From Actinomycetota bacterium (GTDB lineage Bacteria > Actinomycetota > Acidimicrobiia > Actinomarinales > Actinomarinaceae): a stretch of 64,000 nucleotides of DNA. Positions 1 to 9,710 of the stretch are shown here, one piece after another. A model generated the notes under the pieces. That model was not told the DNA's origin, did not search any database, and saw nothing but the letters and a program-made list of their open reading frames with translations. Positions within the stretch are counted from its first letter, which is position 1; every line of letters starts with the position of its first letter. The stretch is from assembly GCA_014239265.1 (NCBI GenBank), contig JAAZZH010000005.1, forward strand, positions 1,030 to 65,029, given 5' to 3'. A program made the position numbers and the translations under genes.

Positions 1-205
1 CTCCGTCTACTGAAATTGACCCTTTTGTTATATCACCATTTTGAACATCTAAAAGACCAGTTATTGAACGAATAACAGTAGTTTTTCCTGCGCCGTTGCT
101 GCCGAGCAACGCAACAATTTCTCCTTTTTTGATTTCTAAAGAAACTCCTCTTAGGACGAGGATTACGTCTTGGTAAACTACTTCTAAGTTTTCAATAGCT
201 AACAT
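1..205 (-). CDS. ABC transporter ATP-binding protein, LivF-like (5' part; runs off the window edge)
   Basis: Manual translation from ATG at 205: MLAIENLEVVYQDVILVLRGVSLEIKKGEIVALLGSNGAGKTT (Walker A GSNGAGKT). Confidence 0.85.
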   Translation of the reverse strand, partial: MLAIENLEVVYQDVILVLRGVSLEIKKGEIVALLGSNGAGKTTVIRSITGLLDVQNGDITKGSISVDG

Positions 206-363
206 GTACCTTATTACTCTAACTGATGATTTATTGAATTCACAATCCAAATTTAAGATGACTAAAAAAATAGAAACCAAAATTGTATGATTTAGTCACA
301 TCATAAAATTTCAAAATAATCTCCCTTCTACATATACATCACTACATTTGAACTACATATAAG

Positions 364-1581
364 ATGATGTATATGGATAGTGAAAATTTCGAGCAACAAG
401 AATTATTTAAGCAGGAAAAGTATATTTCTGATTTACTGGAGCAAAAAACTCCAAAAAATAAATCTTCCCTAAATACAATTTTTGGAAGCTCAATACTTAC
501 AAGCATGATTGTTTTATCTTTTTTGTATGTTTACGGAATATTTGATGAAAATGAAATTATTATTCCTGACCCTGTAACTATCACCGAAACGGTTACTGAA
601 ACAGAAGTGATCATGCCAAGAATTGATTCAACTGAAATTGTTTCAATTGCTGAAATTGCTACAAAAACTATAGTTCAAATTCAAGTTGGACAAGTTAACG
701 AAAATGATGAATTCATTTCTTTAGGTGGTGGTTCTGGAGTAGTTATATCGGCAGAGGGGTTAATCATAACAAATCATCATGTAATTGATGAGGCTTCTTC
801 CGTTAGAGTTATTTTTGAAGATGGACGGATGTATAAAGCTGAAATTATAGGATCAGATAAACTTACTGATATTGGTTTAGTCAAAATTGAATCAAGTAGC
901 TTAACGCCAATTGTTATTGGAAACAGTGACATACTACTTGTTGGAGATCTAGCAGTAGCTATTGGTCATCCACTTACGTTAGGAGCAGCCCCAACTGTTA
1001 CTACTGGTATCGTTTCTGCACTAGAGAGAAGACTCGATGTTGGTGGACAGGATATGAACTCGTCGGTTACTTTATTTGGACTCATACAAACTGATGCACC
1101 TATAACTAGAGGATCAAGTGGTGGGGCTCTTTTAAATCAAAGAGGTGAATTAATTGGTATTACTACAGCTATCGCTACAGCTGATGTCGGCGCCGAGGGT
1201 CTCGGATTTGCAGTGCCAATAAATTTAGCCTTAAACATAAGCCAGGACTTAATTGATGATGGAAAAGTTTATCATTCATTCCTTGGAATTTTAGGCGCCC
1301 AACACTTTGAAGTAGCTGAAGATGGAGCAAGAATTTTCTCAGGAGTCGAAATCCAGGAATTGTACGGACCAGCTAACGATATATATGCAATTGGTAAAGC
1401 TGGTGCATTACCTGGTGATATTATTAAAAAAGTTAATGGCAAAAATATTAAAACCTTAGACGGACTGATAAGTTTTTTGAGAGGTAAAAAAGCTGGAGAT
1501 GAAATTTCTATTGAAATAATCAGAAATGGCCAAACCATAACTTTGGAATTCTTATTAGACCTAAGACCATCTGATGTCTAA
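364..1581 (+). CDS. htrA: HtrA/DegP-family serine protease (TM + trypsin-like + PDZ)
   Basis: TNHHV, D of DKLTDI, TDAPITRGSSGG catalytic motifs; N-terminal TM; C-terminal PDZ (GALPGDII). Confidence 0.9.
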   Translation: MMYMDSENFEQQELFKQEKYISDLLEQKTPKNKSSLNTIFGSSILTSMIVLSFLYVYGIFDENEIIIPDPVTITETVTETEVIMPRIDSTEIVSIAEIATKTIVQIQVGQVNENDEFISLGGGSGVVISAEGLIITNHHVIDEASSVRVIFEDGRMYKAEIIGSDKLTDIGLVKIESSSLTPIVIGNSDILLVGDLAVAIGHPLTLGAAPTVTTGIVSALERRLDVGGQDMNSSVTLFGLIQTDAPITRGSSGGALLNQRGELIGITTAIATADVGAEGLGFAVPINLALNISQDLIDDGKVYHSFLGILGAQHFEVAEDGARIFSGVEIQELYGPANDIYAIGKAGALPGDIIKKVNGKNIKTLDGLISFLRGKKAGDEISIEIIRNGQTITLEFLLDLRPSDV

Positions 1582-2621
1582 TGTCTGAGGATATTTTCTC
1601 TCAATTCTTTAATTTGTTTAATAACAATGACTCAGATGTGAATTGGGAGCTTTCAAAACAAATTAACAAACATTTAAACAAAGATAGCTCGGAAGATATT
1701 CTTAAACTCTCTAATGATCAACTTGACTTGAATGAAATATTTAGGTTCCTAGAGCTAAATATTCATAATGCAGGTAATTTTGATTCAGAGCAAACAAGTA
1801 TTCAAGTACTTGAGCCAAGTCTTTATGGTGAATGGTTCTTGAACTCAATACAACATTTTGACTTTTCAAAATTTAGTATTGGAGAGCTTCCTGGAGGGCT
1901 ACAAATAGGAAATATCCAATCTTCCATAATTGGTATGCAACTAGGTAACTTGGCTGGAATGATTAGTAAGAATATGTGGGGACTTAGCCAGTTTGGAATT
2001 ATTCTTCCACAATCAAATATTCTCGCTATTAATAAAAATAAATATTTTGAACGAATAGATCAATTTGAAACCGATATAAATGAACTTGCTCTTTCACTAC
2101 TAACTTTGGAAGTTGTCGCTTTAACTCTTGGTAAATATACCTCCCCTTTTGAAAAAATAATTGAGAATCTTGAAAAAGCAAGTAAAGAGATGATGGAAGG
2201 ATTTAAAGACTTAGATTTAGATCCTTCAAAGATGGCAAACCCTGAGGATATGTTGCAAAACTTCTCTGGACTTGAAGGGTTTGACTCTTCAAAATTAATT
2301 GAAGAGATTATTGCACCACTAAGTTTTTATAGGGGTGTCATAAAATCAAAAGCTAAAAGTTTAAATTTAATTCAAGACAATACTACATATGACCTTCTGA
2401 TGGATCTAAGTTTTACAATTAGTGAAAGTCCTCTTGGTGAAATTGAAAAAAGTATAGATGAGCTTGACGAGTCAACATCACTTTTCTTTGATTTCCTAGT
2501 ATCGTCTAATAGTCAATACTCAATTGATGACATACTTTTGGATAAGGAATTGATACCAAGTAGAAGTGAGATTGAAGACCCAATCTCTTGGGCTGCTAGA
2601 ACTTCTTTACCGCCTATTTAA
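1581..2621 (+). CDS. Zincin-like (DUF2342-type) actinobacterial protein, metal motif degenerate
   Basis: N-terminal VNWELSKQ, central GMQLGNLAG..SKN.WGLSQF and C-terminal LIPSRSEIEDPISW resemble this family; no HExxH. Confidence 0.55.
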   Translation: MSEDIFSQFFNLFNNNDSDVNWELSKQINKHLNKDSSEDILKLSNDQLDLNEIFRFLELNIHNAGNFDSEQTSIQVLEPSLYGEWFLNSIQHFDFSKFSIGELPGGLQIGNIQSSIIGMQLGNLAGMISKNMWGLSQFGIILPQSNILAINKNKYFERIDQFETDINELALSLLTLEVVALTLGKYTSPFEKIIENLEKASKEMMEGFKDLDLDPSKMANPEDMLQNFSGLEGFDSSKLIEEIIAPLSFYRGVIKSKAKSLNLIQDNTTYDLLMDLSFTISESPLGEIEKSIDELDESTSLFFDFLVSSNSQYSIDDILLDKELIPSRSEIEDPISWAARTSLPPI

Positions 2622-2659
2622 AAAAAGTTACTAAAGTATTAAAAAAAGGAGAAAAACAA

Positions 2660-3115
2660 ATGAGCTTACAAGTTGGAGATACGATACCTGAATTTAAATT
2701 ATACAACTATGATAAAAATGCCTACGAAGATAAGGATTTTTTAGGTAAGAAAACAATGTTCGTGTTCCTTCCGTTTCCATTCAGCAGTGTCTGTGACAAA
2801 GAAATATGTGAACTTAGGGACAATAAAGCTTCTTTAGAAGAAAATGGAACTGATACGGTTTTAATAACAGTAGGTGCGAGTCCAACGAATAGAGCATGGG
2901 CTGCACATTATGGTATTGAGTTTCCAATCCTTGCAGATTTTTGGCCGCATGGAGCAGTGTCGCAAAAATTTGGTTGCTTCCACGAAAAAGCAGGAATTTC
3001 TTTAAGGTACTCTTACATAACTGATGAAAATAACGTAATCACTGAAATAATAAAAAGTGATGAAATTGGTGTTGAGAGAGACTTTAGTGAATATAAAGAA
3101 AGTTTTGGCTTTTAA
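2660..3115 (+). CDS. Peroxiredoxin, AhpE-like
   Basis: PFPFSSVCDKE peroxidatic Cys region, LADFWPHG motif typical of AhpE; AGGAG RBS. Confidence 0.85.
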   Translation: MSLQVGDTIPEFKLYNYDKNAYEDKDFLGKKTMFVFLPFPFSSVCDKEICELRDNKASLEENGTDTVLITVGASPTNRAWAAHYGIEFPILADFWPHGAVSQKFGCFHEKAGISLRYSYITDENNVITEIIKSDEIGVERDFSEYKESFGF

Positions 3116-3393
3116 CTAACTTCCCTAATATCAAAACTTTGTACTCTTTGTCTTTTTATACGTCTACGTTCTCTTTCAGAGAGTCCGCCCCATATACCAA
3201 ACTTTTCAGATTGTTCGATAGCAAATTCTAGACAATCTTCCTGGACGCTGCAGGCTCTACAAATAGACTTGGCTTTTCTTGTTGAAGCACCTCTCTCGGG
3301 GAAAAATATATCGGCGTCTGCACCCTTACAGTTTGCTTCCTCAGTCCATGAAGGCATCCCTCCAATTAGATCTTCCATTTTTGAATTTTCCAC
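3112..3393 (-). CDS. whiB: WhiB-family Fe-S transcriptional regulator (WhiB/WhiB2-like)
   Basis: Four Cys (ANC...ICRACSVQEDC), FFPERGAST, GIWGGLSERERR; GTG start with AAGGAG RBS. Confidence 0.92.
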   Translation of the reverse strand: MENSKMEDLIGGMPSWTEEANCKGADADIFFPERGASTRKAKSICRACSVQEDCLEFAIEQSEKFGIWGGLSERERRRIKRQRVQSFDIREVS

Positions 3394-3431
3394 CCTTGCT
3401 CCTTATATAGAAAACTAAATTACATGTGTGT

Positions 3432-3460
3432 AATCTATATAGTTTTACAACAATTGTCAA
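3432..3460 (-). promoter_or_regulatory. Sigma70-type promoter of whiB
   Basis: TTGACA (3460-3455), 17-nt spacer, TAGATT (3437-3432) on the minus strand. Confidence 0.7.
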
Positions 3461-3516
3461 GGGGCTAATTCTTCATTTAATTTAGCGTAATTTTAGATAT
3501 GTAGGATAATTAAATA

Positions 3517-3972
3517 ATGCCTAATCAAAAATTAGTTTCCTCCGGAGGAATTTACAAAGGTAAAACAAGCATGTGGCTCTACATTTTTCATAGAGTTACT
3601 GGTGTAGCTTTATTTGGATATCTTTTACTGCATATCATATCAACAGCTTTAATTCTTTTGGGACCTGAAGTTTACGAGGGTGCTGAAGCAATATACAAGA
3701 ATTTTTATTTTAGAGTAGCCGAAATAGGCTTATTTGGAGCAGTGCTAGCTCATGCGATAAATGGTCTTAGAATAATTACTGTAGACCTATGGAGAAAAGG
3801 TTCTGATTATCAAAAACAACTTAATTTAATATCTTTAGTAATTTTTATCGGTGTTTTTGTCCCCTCTACATACAAAATGGTAGATTCATATTTTGATTTA
3901 TGTTTAGAGAAAAGTTCACCAGGAACAACAGTCACTGATTGTATTGTAAGACCTATTCCGGATTGGAAGTAG
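3517..3972 (+). CDS. sdhC: Succinate dehydrogenase cytochrome b subunit
   Basis: FHRVTG, HAINGLRI heme-ligand motifs; operon context. Confidence 0.92.
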   Translation: MPNQKLVSSGGIYKGKTSMWLYIFHRVTGVALFGYLLLHIISTALILLGPEVYEGAEAIYKNFYFRVAEIGLFGAVLAHAINGLRIITVDLWRKGSDYQKQLNLISLVIFIGVFVPSTYKMVDSYFDLCLEKSSPGTTVTDCIVRPIPDWK

Positions 3973-3976
3973 AGAT

Positions 3977-4372
3977 ATGAAAACTCAAAGAACAGACTGG
4001 GGCCGAAGACAGCCACCTCTAGTGGGTTCAAGTTTCGAATTGTATGCATGGTTTTTTATGAGAGTGAGTGGACTACTGCTTGTACTTCTGGCAGTTGGAC
4101 ATATGTTCATAATGCATGTGTTCAATGATACTCTTAACCTTGATTACGAATTTGTTGCTGCAAGGTGGGATACACCTTATTGGCGAGCTTTTGACTGGTT
4201 GCTTTTAGCCTTAAGCCTCCTTCATGGTACAAATGGACTCAGGGTAGTTCTTCATGATAATATATCAGATCAAACTGTTAGGAAAATCTCATTAACAGCT
4301 CTTTATGTGACTAGCACTGTTTTCTTTATTTTAGGAACTTATGTTATTGTTGTTTTTGTGAGTGAATTATGA
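3977..4372 (+). CDS. sdhD: Succinate dehydrogenase hydrophobic anchor
   Basis: WFFMRVSG, HGTNGLR; 3 TM segments. Confidence 0.92.
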   Translation: MKTQRTDWGRRQPPLVGSSFELYAWFFMRVSGLLLVLLAVGHMFIMHVFNDTLNLDYEFVAARWDTPYWRAFDWLLLALSLLHGTNGLRVVLHDNISDQTVRKISLTALYVTSTVFFILGTYVIVVFVSEL

Positions 4373-6111
4373 AGATAGTTAAACATTCCTTTGATGGGAT
4401 AATTGTTGGAGCTGGTGGAGCTGGTCTTAGAGCTGCTATTGAAGCGGCACCCACAATGAAGCTCGCCGTAATCACCAAACTTTATCCTACAAGATCCCAT
4501 ACCGGTGCAGCTCAGGGTGGAATGAGTGCAGCTTTAGCAAATGTTGAAGAAGATAATTGGAACTGGCATGCTTTTGATACAGTAAAAGGTTCTGACTATC
4601 TAGCAGATCAACCAGCTGTGGATATCCTATGTAAAGAAGCTATCGATGCAGTTGTTGAATTAGAACATTGGGGACTCCCATTCAGTAGATTAGATAGCGG
4701 AAAAATTGCTCAAAGAAGATTTGGGGGTCACACAATAAAAGAAGGTGCTGCGCCTGCTTTTAGAGCATGTTATGCAGCTGACAGGACAGGCCACATGATC
4801 CTCCAAACTTTATATCAGAAATGTGTGTCTATGGGTGTCGAGTTTTTTGATGAATTTCAAGTTTTAGATATAAAAATTGAAGATGGAGTATGTAAAGGTG
4901 TAGTGGCATATGAGATCTCTACTGGAGATCTACATGTTTTTGAAGCAAGAGCGGTAACTTTTGCAACTGGTGGATTTGGGAAAATATTCAAAGTTAGCTC
5001 TAATGCACACTCTCTCACTGGAGATGGACCTGGCATGCTGTACCAAAAAGGTATACCTCTTGAAGATATGGAATTTTATCAATTTCACCCAACTGGAATC
5101 TACAGACTCGGAATACTGCTATCTGAAGCTGCTAGAGGTGAAGGGGGTATTCTTCGAAACAAAGATGGTGAAAGATTTATGGAAAGATACGCTCCTTCTA
5201 TTAAAGATTTAGCTCCAAGAGATATGGTTTCACGAGCAATAGCAACTGAGATAAGTGCAGGTAACGGTGCTGGACCTAATAGTGACTATGTATACCTTGA
5301 CTTAACTCATTTAGGTGAGGAGGCTATTATGAAAAAACTTCCTGATATAACAGACTTTGTTAGAACCTATGTAAAAATAGAACCAATAAACGACCCTATT
5401 CCAGTTCAACCAACAGCTCACTATGCAATGGGAGGTATCCCAACAGACGTTAATGGTAGAGTACTTAGTGACCACAAAGGTGGGGTCATTGAGGGAGTCT
5501 ATGCTGCAGGTGAAGCTGCATGCGTTAGTGTCCATGGAGCAAATCGTCTGGGTACTAACTCTTTGTTAGATATTGTTGTTTTCGGAAAAAGAGCTGGTCA
5601 AAGTATGGTGGACTATGTATCTAGTACTAAGGCCTCCCCCTTGAGTGAATCAGCAGCAGATGATTTATCGAATAAAATTTCTGGCTTAATGGAGAAAGAA
5701 CATACTACAGAATTTTCAGTTGCAAAAATCCGATCAGAACTCCAAGATTCAATGGAAGAAAATGCCAAAATTTTTAGATCTAAAGAAACTTTAGACAATC
5801 AAACAGAAATACTTTCTGACCTAAGAGAAAGATATAAAAATGTAACTATTTCTGATAAAAGCAAGGTATTCAACAGTGAACTTCTTGAAGCAATTGAGCT
5901 TGATTATCTTCTTGATATGGCCGATACGACCGTAGCTAGTGCTTTAGCAAGAAAAGAATCAAGAGGAGCTCATTCAAGAGAAGATTACCCAGATAGAGAC
6001 GATACAAAGTTTATGAAACACTCGTTTGCATTTAAAAATGGGGATTCTGTAAAACTGGAATACAAGGATGTTGAACTTGGAAAATACGAACCAATGGAAA
6101 GAAAGTACTAA
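4369..6111 (+). CDS. sdhA: Succinate dehydrogenase flavoprotein
   Basis: GAGGAG, RSHTGAAQGG FAD-His, QFHPTG, HYAMGG, HGANRLG. Confidence 0.98.
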   Translation: MKIVKHSFDGIIVGAGGAGLRAAIEAAPTMKLAVITKLYPTRSHTGAAQGGMSAALANVEEDNWNWHAFDTVKGSDYLADQPAVDILCKEAIDAVVELEHWGLPFSRLDSGKIAQRRFGGHTIKEGAAPAFRACYAADRTGHMILQTLYQKCVSMGVEFFDEFQVLDIKIEDGVCKGVVAYEISTGDLHVFEARAVTFATGGFGKIFKVSSNAHSLTGDGPGMLYQKGIPLEDMEFYQFHPTGIYRLGILLSEAARGEGGILRNKDGERFMERYAPSIKDLAPRDMVSRAIATEISAGNGAGPNSDYVYLDLTHLGEEAIMKKLPDITDFVRTYVKIEPINDPIPVQPTAHYAMGGIPTDVNGRVLSDHKGGVIEGVYAAGEAACVSVHGANRLGTNSLLDIVVFGKRAGQSMVDYVSSTKASPLSESAADDLSNKISGLMEKEHTTEFSVAKIRSELQDSMEENAKIFRSKETLDNQTEILSDLRERYKNVTISDKSKVFNSELLEAIELDYLLDMADTTVASALARKESRGAHSREDYPDRDDTKFMKHSFAFKNGDSVKLEYKDVELGKYEPMERKY

Positions 6112-6806
6112 TGGAAATTGATTTAAAAATTCTAAGGTATGACCCTGAGAGCGATAAAAAGGGACATTGGGAATATTATAAAGTTGATGCGGAACCAGAG
6201 GAAAGAATCCTAGATTTACTCCACAAAATAAAATGGTTTGAAGATGGATCTCTTTCATTTAGGAAGTCTTGTGCACATGGTGTGTGCGGTTCAGATGCAA
6301 TGGTAGTAAATGGTGAAAACATGCTTGCATGTCAGGTTTTGGTAAAGGAAGTAAGCAACCCAATAAAAATAGAACCCATAAGAGGCCTTCCAGTGCTGAA
6401 AGACTTAATAGTAGATATGAAGCCATTTTTTGATAGCTACAAAAAGGTTATGCCATTTTTAATTAATGATGATGAGCCTGGAGATAGAGAAAGACTTCAA
6501 TCTCCTGAAGATAGAGATAAGTTCGAAGACACAACAAAATGTATTCTATGCGCTGCTTGTACGACAAGCTGTCCTGTATTTTGGACTGCTGACTCATATA
6601 TTGGTCCAGCAGCAATTGTTAATGCACACAGATTTGTAATGGACTCACGAGACCAGGGATCTAAGCAAAGATTAGAAATCATGAAAGATGTGAACGGTGC
6701 ATTTAGGTGTCGTACTGCTTTTAACTGTACAAGTGCATGTCCAAGAGGCATACAAGTAACAAAAGCAATTGAAGATGTTAAAAGAGAAACTCTACTAAAT
6801 AATTGA
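6111..6806 (+). CDS. sdhB: Succinate dehydrogenase Fe-S subunit
   Basis: SCAHGVCGSD, CILCAACTTSCP, CRTAFNCTSACP. Confidence 0.98.
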   Translation: MEIDLKILRYDPESDKKGHWEYYKVDAEPEERILDLLHKIKWFEDGSLSFRKSCAHGVCGSDAMVVNGENMLACQVLVKEVSNPIKIEPIRGLPVLKDLIVDMKPFFDSYKKVMPFLINDDEPGDRERLQSPEDRDKFEDTTKCILCAACTTSCPVFWTADSYIGPAAIVNAHRFVMDSRDQGSKQRLEIMKDVNGAFRCRTAFNCTSACPRGIQVTKAIEDVKRETLLNN

Positions 6807-7093
6807 ACAAAGAAATAATCGACTATCTCGAAAATTTTACACAGAATTTAAAGTTAAATAATAAAGAAAATCTAAATAAAATATATCTACAAATAACATC
6901 AAAAGATAACATATGGAGTATAAATTTAGGAACTCTCGAAGAGAATACAAATTTAGAAAATAATGTGGATAACTTGATAATAAAAATAGAAGAATCAACT
7001 TTCTTTATGCTTAGGGATAATATAAAGCATCCAGAAGACTTGATGTTCGATGAGAAAATTAAAATTAAAGGTAATTTAGATTTACTTAAATAA
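6803..7093 (+). CDS. Small SCP2 (sterol-carrier)-like domain protein
   Basis: Overlaps the sdhB stop (TTGA); C-terminal LMFDEKIKIKGNLDLL resembles the SCP2 signature. Confidence 0.55.
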   Translation: MNKEIIDYLENFTQNLKLNNKENLNKIYLQITSKDNIWSINLGTLEENTNLENNVDNLIIKIEESTFFMLRDNIKHPEDLMFDEKIKIKGNLDLLK

Positions 7094-7097
7094 AAAA

Positions 7098-7122
7098 GAA
7101 AAGACGGCTAAGCCGTCTTTTC
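7098..7122. terminator. Bidirectional intrinsic terminator between the sdh operon and hup
   Basis: GAAAAGACGGC-TAA-GCCGTCTTTTC perfect hairpin with A/T tracts between convergent genes. Confidence 0.85.
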
Positions 7123-7141
7123 AATAAGGTTTTAAGATGTC

Positions 7142-7414
7142 TTAGTTTAGACTATCTTTTAATCCTTTTGCAGCTTTAAATGCTGGTGCATTTTTAGCAG
7201 CTATTTGGATTGTTTCACCTGTCGCAGGATTTCTCCCTTGTCTTGCAGCCCTGTATCTTGATTCAAACTGTCCGAAACCAGCAATACTTACTTTGTCGCC
7301 ATTTTTCATTCCGTTTGTTATTCCGCCAAACACTGCTTCCACAGCTGCTTTAGCGTCTGTCTGTGACAACCCTACTTCTGCTGCTACAACGCTTGCTAAT
7401 TGATCTTTATTCAT
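7142..7414 (-). CDS. hup: Histone-like DNA-binding protein HU
   Basis: MNKDQL, GFGQF, GRNPATGE, PAFKA; no Lys/Ala-rich tail. Confidence 0.97.
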   Translation of the reverse strand: MNKDQLASVVAAEVGLSQTDAKAAVEAVFGGITNGMKNGDKVSIAGFGQFESRYRAARQGRNPATGETIQIAAKNAPAFKAAKGLKDSLN

Positions 7415-7523
7415 AGCTGTTTTGCCTTTCTTATTGCGTTTTACTATATATTAATTATAGTTTTTTTAAATAAATTATCTTATTAATCAATAATTAATGG
7501 CTTTTTTTATTAAAAGTCTGATT

Positions 7524-8462
7524 TTATTGACTATTTATGCTATTAAGCTCGGAAACCTTGTCTTTTACGGCTTTTGAAGCTTCTCTTAATGCATCTAGCT
7601 CAGTTGTGGTTAAGTCATACTCCACAATTTCAGTGACTCCCCCTTTACCAAGTTTTGCAGGGACTCCAAGATAAACATCATTTATTCCATACTCCCCTTC
7701 AAGCCATGCACATACTGGAAAAACTTCATTTGAATCAGAGATTATTGACTTTACCATAGTTGCTGCAGAGGATGCTGGAGCAAAATAAGCACTTCCTGTT
7801 TTGAGAAGCCCAACTATTTCAGCTCCACCTTCCGAAGTTTTTTTCACAAGTTCATCAATATCTTTTTCAGATAAAATATCAACTAGTGGCTCACCACTAA
7901 CTGTGCAAAGAGACGGTACTGGGACCATTGTCTCACCATGGCTACCAAGTGTTAGAGCATAAACGTCACTCATCTTGACATTTAGTTTTTCAGATATGAA
8001 GTATGCAAACCTAGAAGAGTCAAGAATACCTGCTTGACCTATAACTCTGCCTTTAGAGAGTTTTGAAACTTCAGCAGTTAGAGTTGTCATCTGATCTAAA
8101 GGATTTGTAACTACAATTATTATTGGATCTTCGGAATGCTCTAATATTTGTTTAGTAACATCAGTAACAATTCCAGCATTTACTTCTAATAAGTCCATAC
8201 GTGACATGCCCGGTTTTCGAGGCAAACCTGCAGTAATAACAACCACATCACTTTCAGCTGTTTCTTTATAATCATTGGTACCAGAAACCTTAGTATCAAA
8301 TTTTTCAACGAATCTTGACTGATTTATGTCTAAAGCAAGCCCCTGGGGTAAGCCCTCAACTATATCTGTCATTACAACTTCGCTTGCTAAATTATATTCT
8401 GCAACCCGTAAAGCGGTCATCGAGCCATATTTACCTGCGCCAACTACTGTAACTTTTTTCAC
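7524..8462 (-). CDS. mdh: Malate dehydrogenase (LDH-like)
   Basis: TAGLPRKPGMSRMDLL, VTNPLD, LGSHGE. Confidence 0.96.
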   Translation of the reverse strand: MKKVTVVGAGKYGSMTALRVAEYNLASEVVMTDIVEGLPQGLALDINQSRFVEKFDTKVSGTNDYKETAESDVVVITAGLPRKPGMSRMDLLEVNAGIVTDVTKQILEHSEDPIIIVVTNPLDQMTTLTAEVSKLSKGRVIGQAGILDSSRFAYFISEKLNVKMSDVYALTLGSHGETMVPVPSLCTVSGEPLVDILSEKDIDELVKKTSEGGAEIVGLLKTGSAYFAPASSAATMVKSIISDSNEVFPVCAWLEGEYGINDVYLGVPAKLGKGGVTEIVEYDLTTTELDALREASKAVKDKVSELNSINSQ

Positions 8463-8480
8463 AACTTCCTTTCAATAATC

Positions 8481-9710
8481 TTATTGTATGTTTCGGACAA
8501 GAGAATCTGCAAATTCAGAGGTAGATAGAATAGTTGCATCTTCTCTTCCTCTTGCAAGATCATAAGTAACATTTCCTTCAAGAATTGACTTTTCCATACT
8601 AGTAATTATTAAGTCTGCAGCTTCGTTCCATCCCATATACCTGAACATCATTTCCCCTGATAGAATTAATGAGCCAGGATTTGCTTTATTCATTCCAGCA
8701 TATTTTGGAGCTGTACCATGTGTTGCCTCAAAAACTGCTTTCCCATTTTCATAATTAATATTCCCACCTGGACTTATACCTATTCCCCCTATTTGTGCTG
8801 CTAATGCATCGGAAGCATAGTCTCCGTTTAAGTTGGTAGTAGCAATAACGTCAAATTCTTGGGGTTTAATCAATATCTGCTGCAAGAAAGCATCAGCTAT
8901 AACATCTTGCACCAATATTTTGTCACCTGGATTACCATTTGAATCCTCCCATGAAACAGCAACATCTGAAAATTCTCGCTCTATTAACTCATAGCCCCAT
9001 TTTCTGAAAGCTCCTTCTGTAAATTTCATAATGTTGCCTTTATGAACAATAGCAAGATTTTTCTTTCCATTTTCTGCAGCAAAATTGATAGCAGCTCTGA
9101 TAAGTCTTTCTGATCCAGTGTTGGAGATTGGCTTTATGCCGATTCCGCTATCTTTTCGAATTTTCCAACCGAATTCATCTTCAAGAAAGCTATTTAATTT
9201 TAAAACTTCATCACTACCCTCTTCTAATTCTTTACCTGAGTAAACATCTTCTGTATTTTCTCTGAAGAGCACAATATCTACGTCTTGAGGACTTTTCGTT
9301 GGTGTTTCAATTCCCTTAAAGTACTTTATTGGCCTTAAACATACATAAAGGTCCAGTTCTTGTCTTATTGCAACATTTATTGACCTTATACCTTCTCCAA
9401 CTGGAGTTGTTAAAGGACCTTTTATTCCCACTCCATGTTCATCAAAAGTATCTAATGTCTTTTTTGGTAACCATTCTGATACAGTATCGTAAGCTTTTTG
9501 CCCAGCTAAAACTTCAATCCAATTAATTTTTCTTTCACCATTGTAAGCTTTTTCTACAACTGCATCAAAAACTGATTGTGATGCTGGCCATATATCTATT
9601 CCAATTCCATCACCTTCTATAAATGGAACCGTTGGATTATCTGTATCAAAAGACTCTCTAGTTTTATTAATTGCAATATTTAATTCGCTTCTATTCAAAT
9701 TTTCAACCAT
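8481..9710 (-). CDS. icd: Isocitrate dehydrogenase (dimeric type)
   Basis: [45 protein letters not shown]. Confidence 0.97.
   Translation of the reverse strand: MVENLNRSELNIAINKTRESFDTDNPTVPFIEGDGIGIDIWPASQSVFDAVVEKAYNGERKINWIEVLAGQKAYDTVSEWLPKKTLDTFDEHGVGIKGPLTTPVGEGIRSINVAIRQELDLYVCLRPIKYFKGIETPTKSPQDVDIVLFRENTEDVYSGKELEEGSDEVLKLNSFLEDEFGWKIRKDSGIGIKPISNTGSERLIRAAINFAAENGKKNLAIVHKGNIMKFTEGAFRKWGYELIEREFSDVAVSWEDSNGNPGDKILVQDVIADAFLQQILIKPQEFDVIATTNLNGDYASDALAAQIGGIGISPGGNINYENGKAVFEATHGTAPKYAGMNKANPGSLILSGEMMFRYMGWNEAADLIITSMEKSILEGNVTYDLARGREDATILSTSEFADSLVRNIQ

Noticed and set aside
286-300. CRP/GlxR site upstream of htrA
   Set aside because: TATGA-N5-TCACA has the wrong spacing for TGTGA-N6-TCACA.
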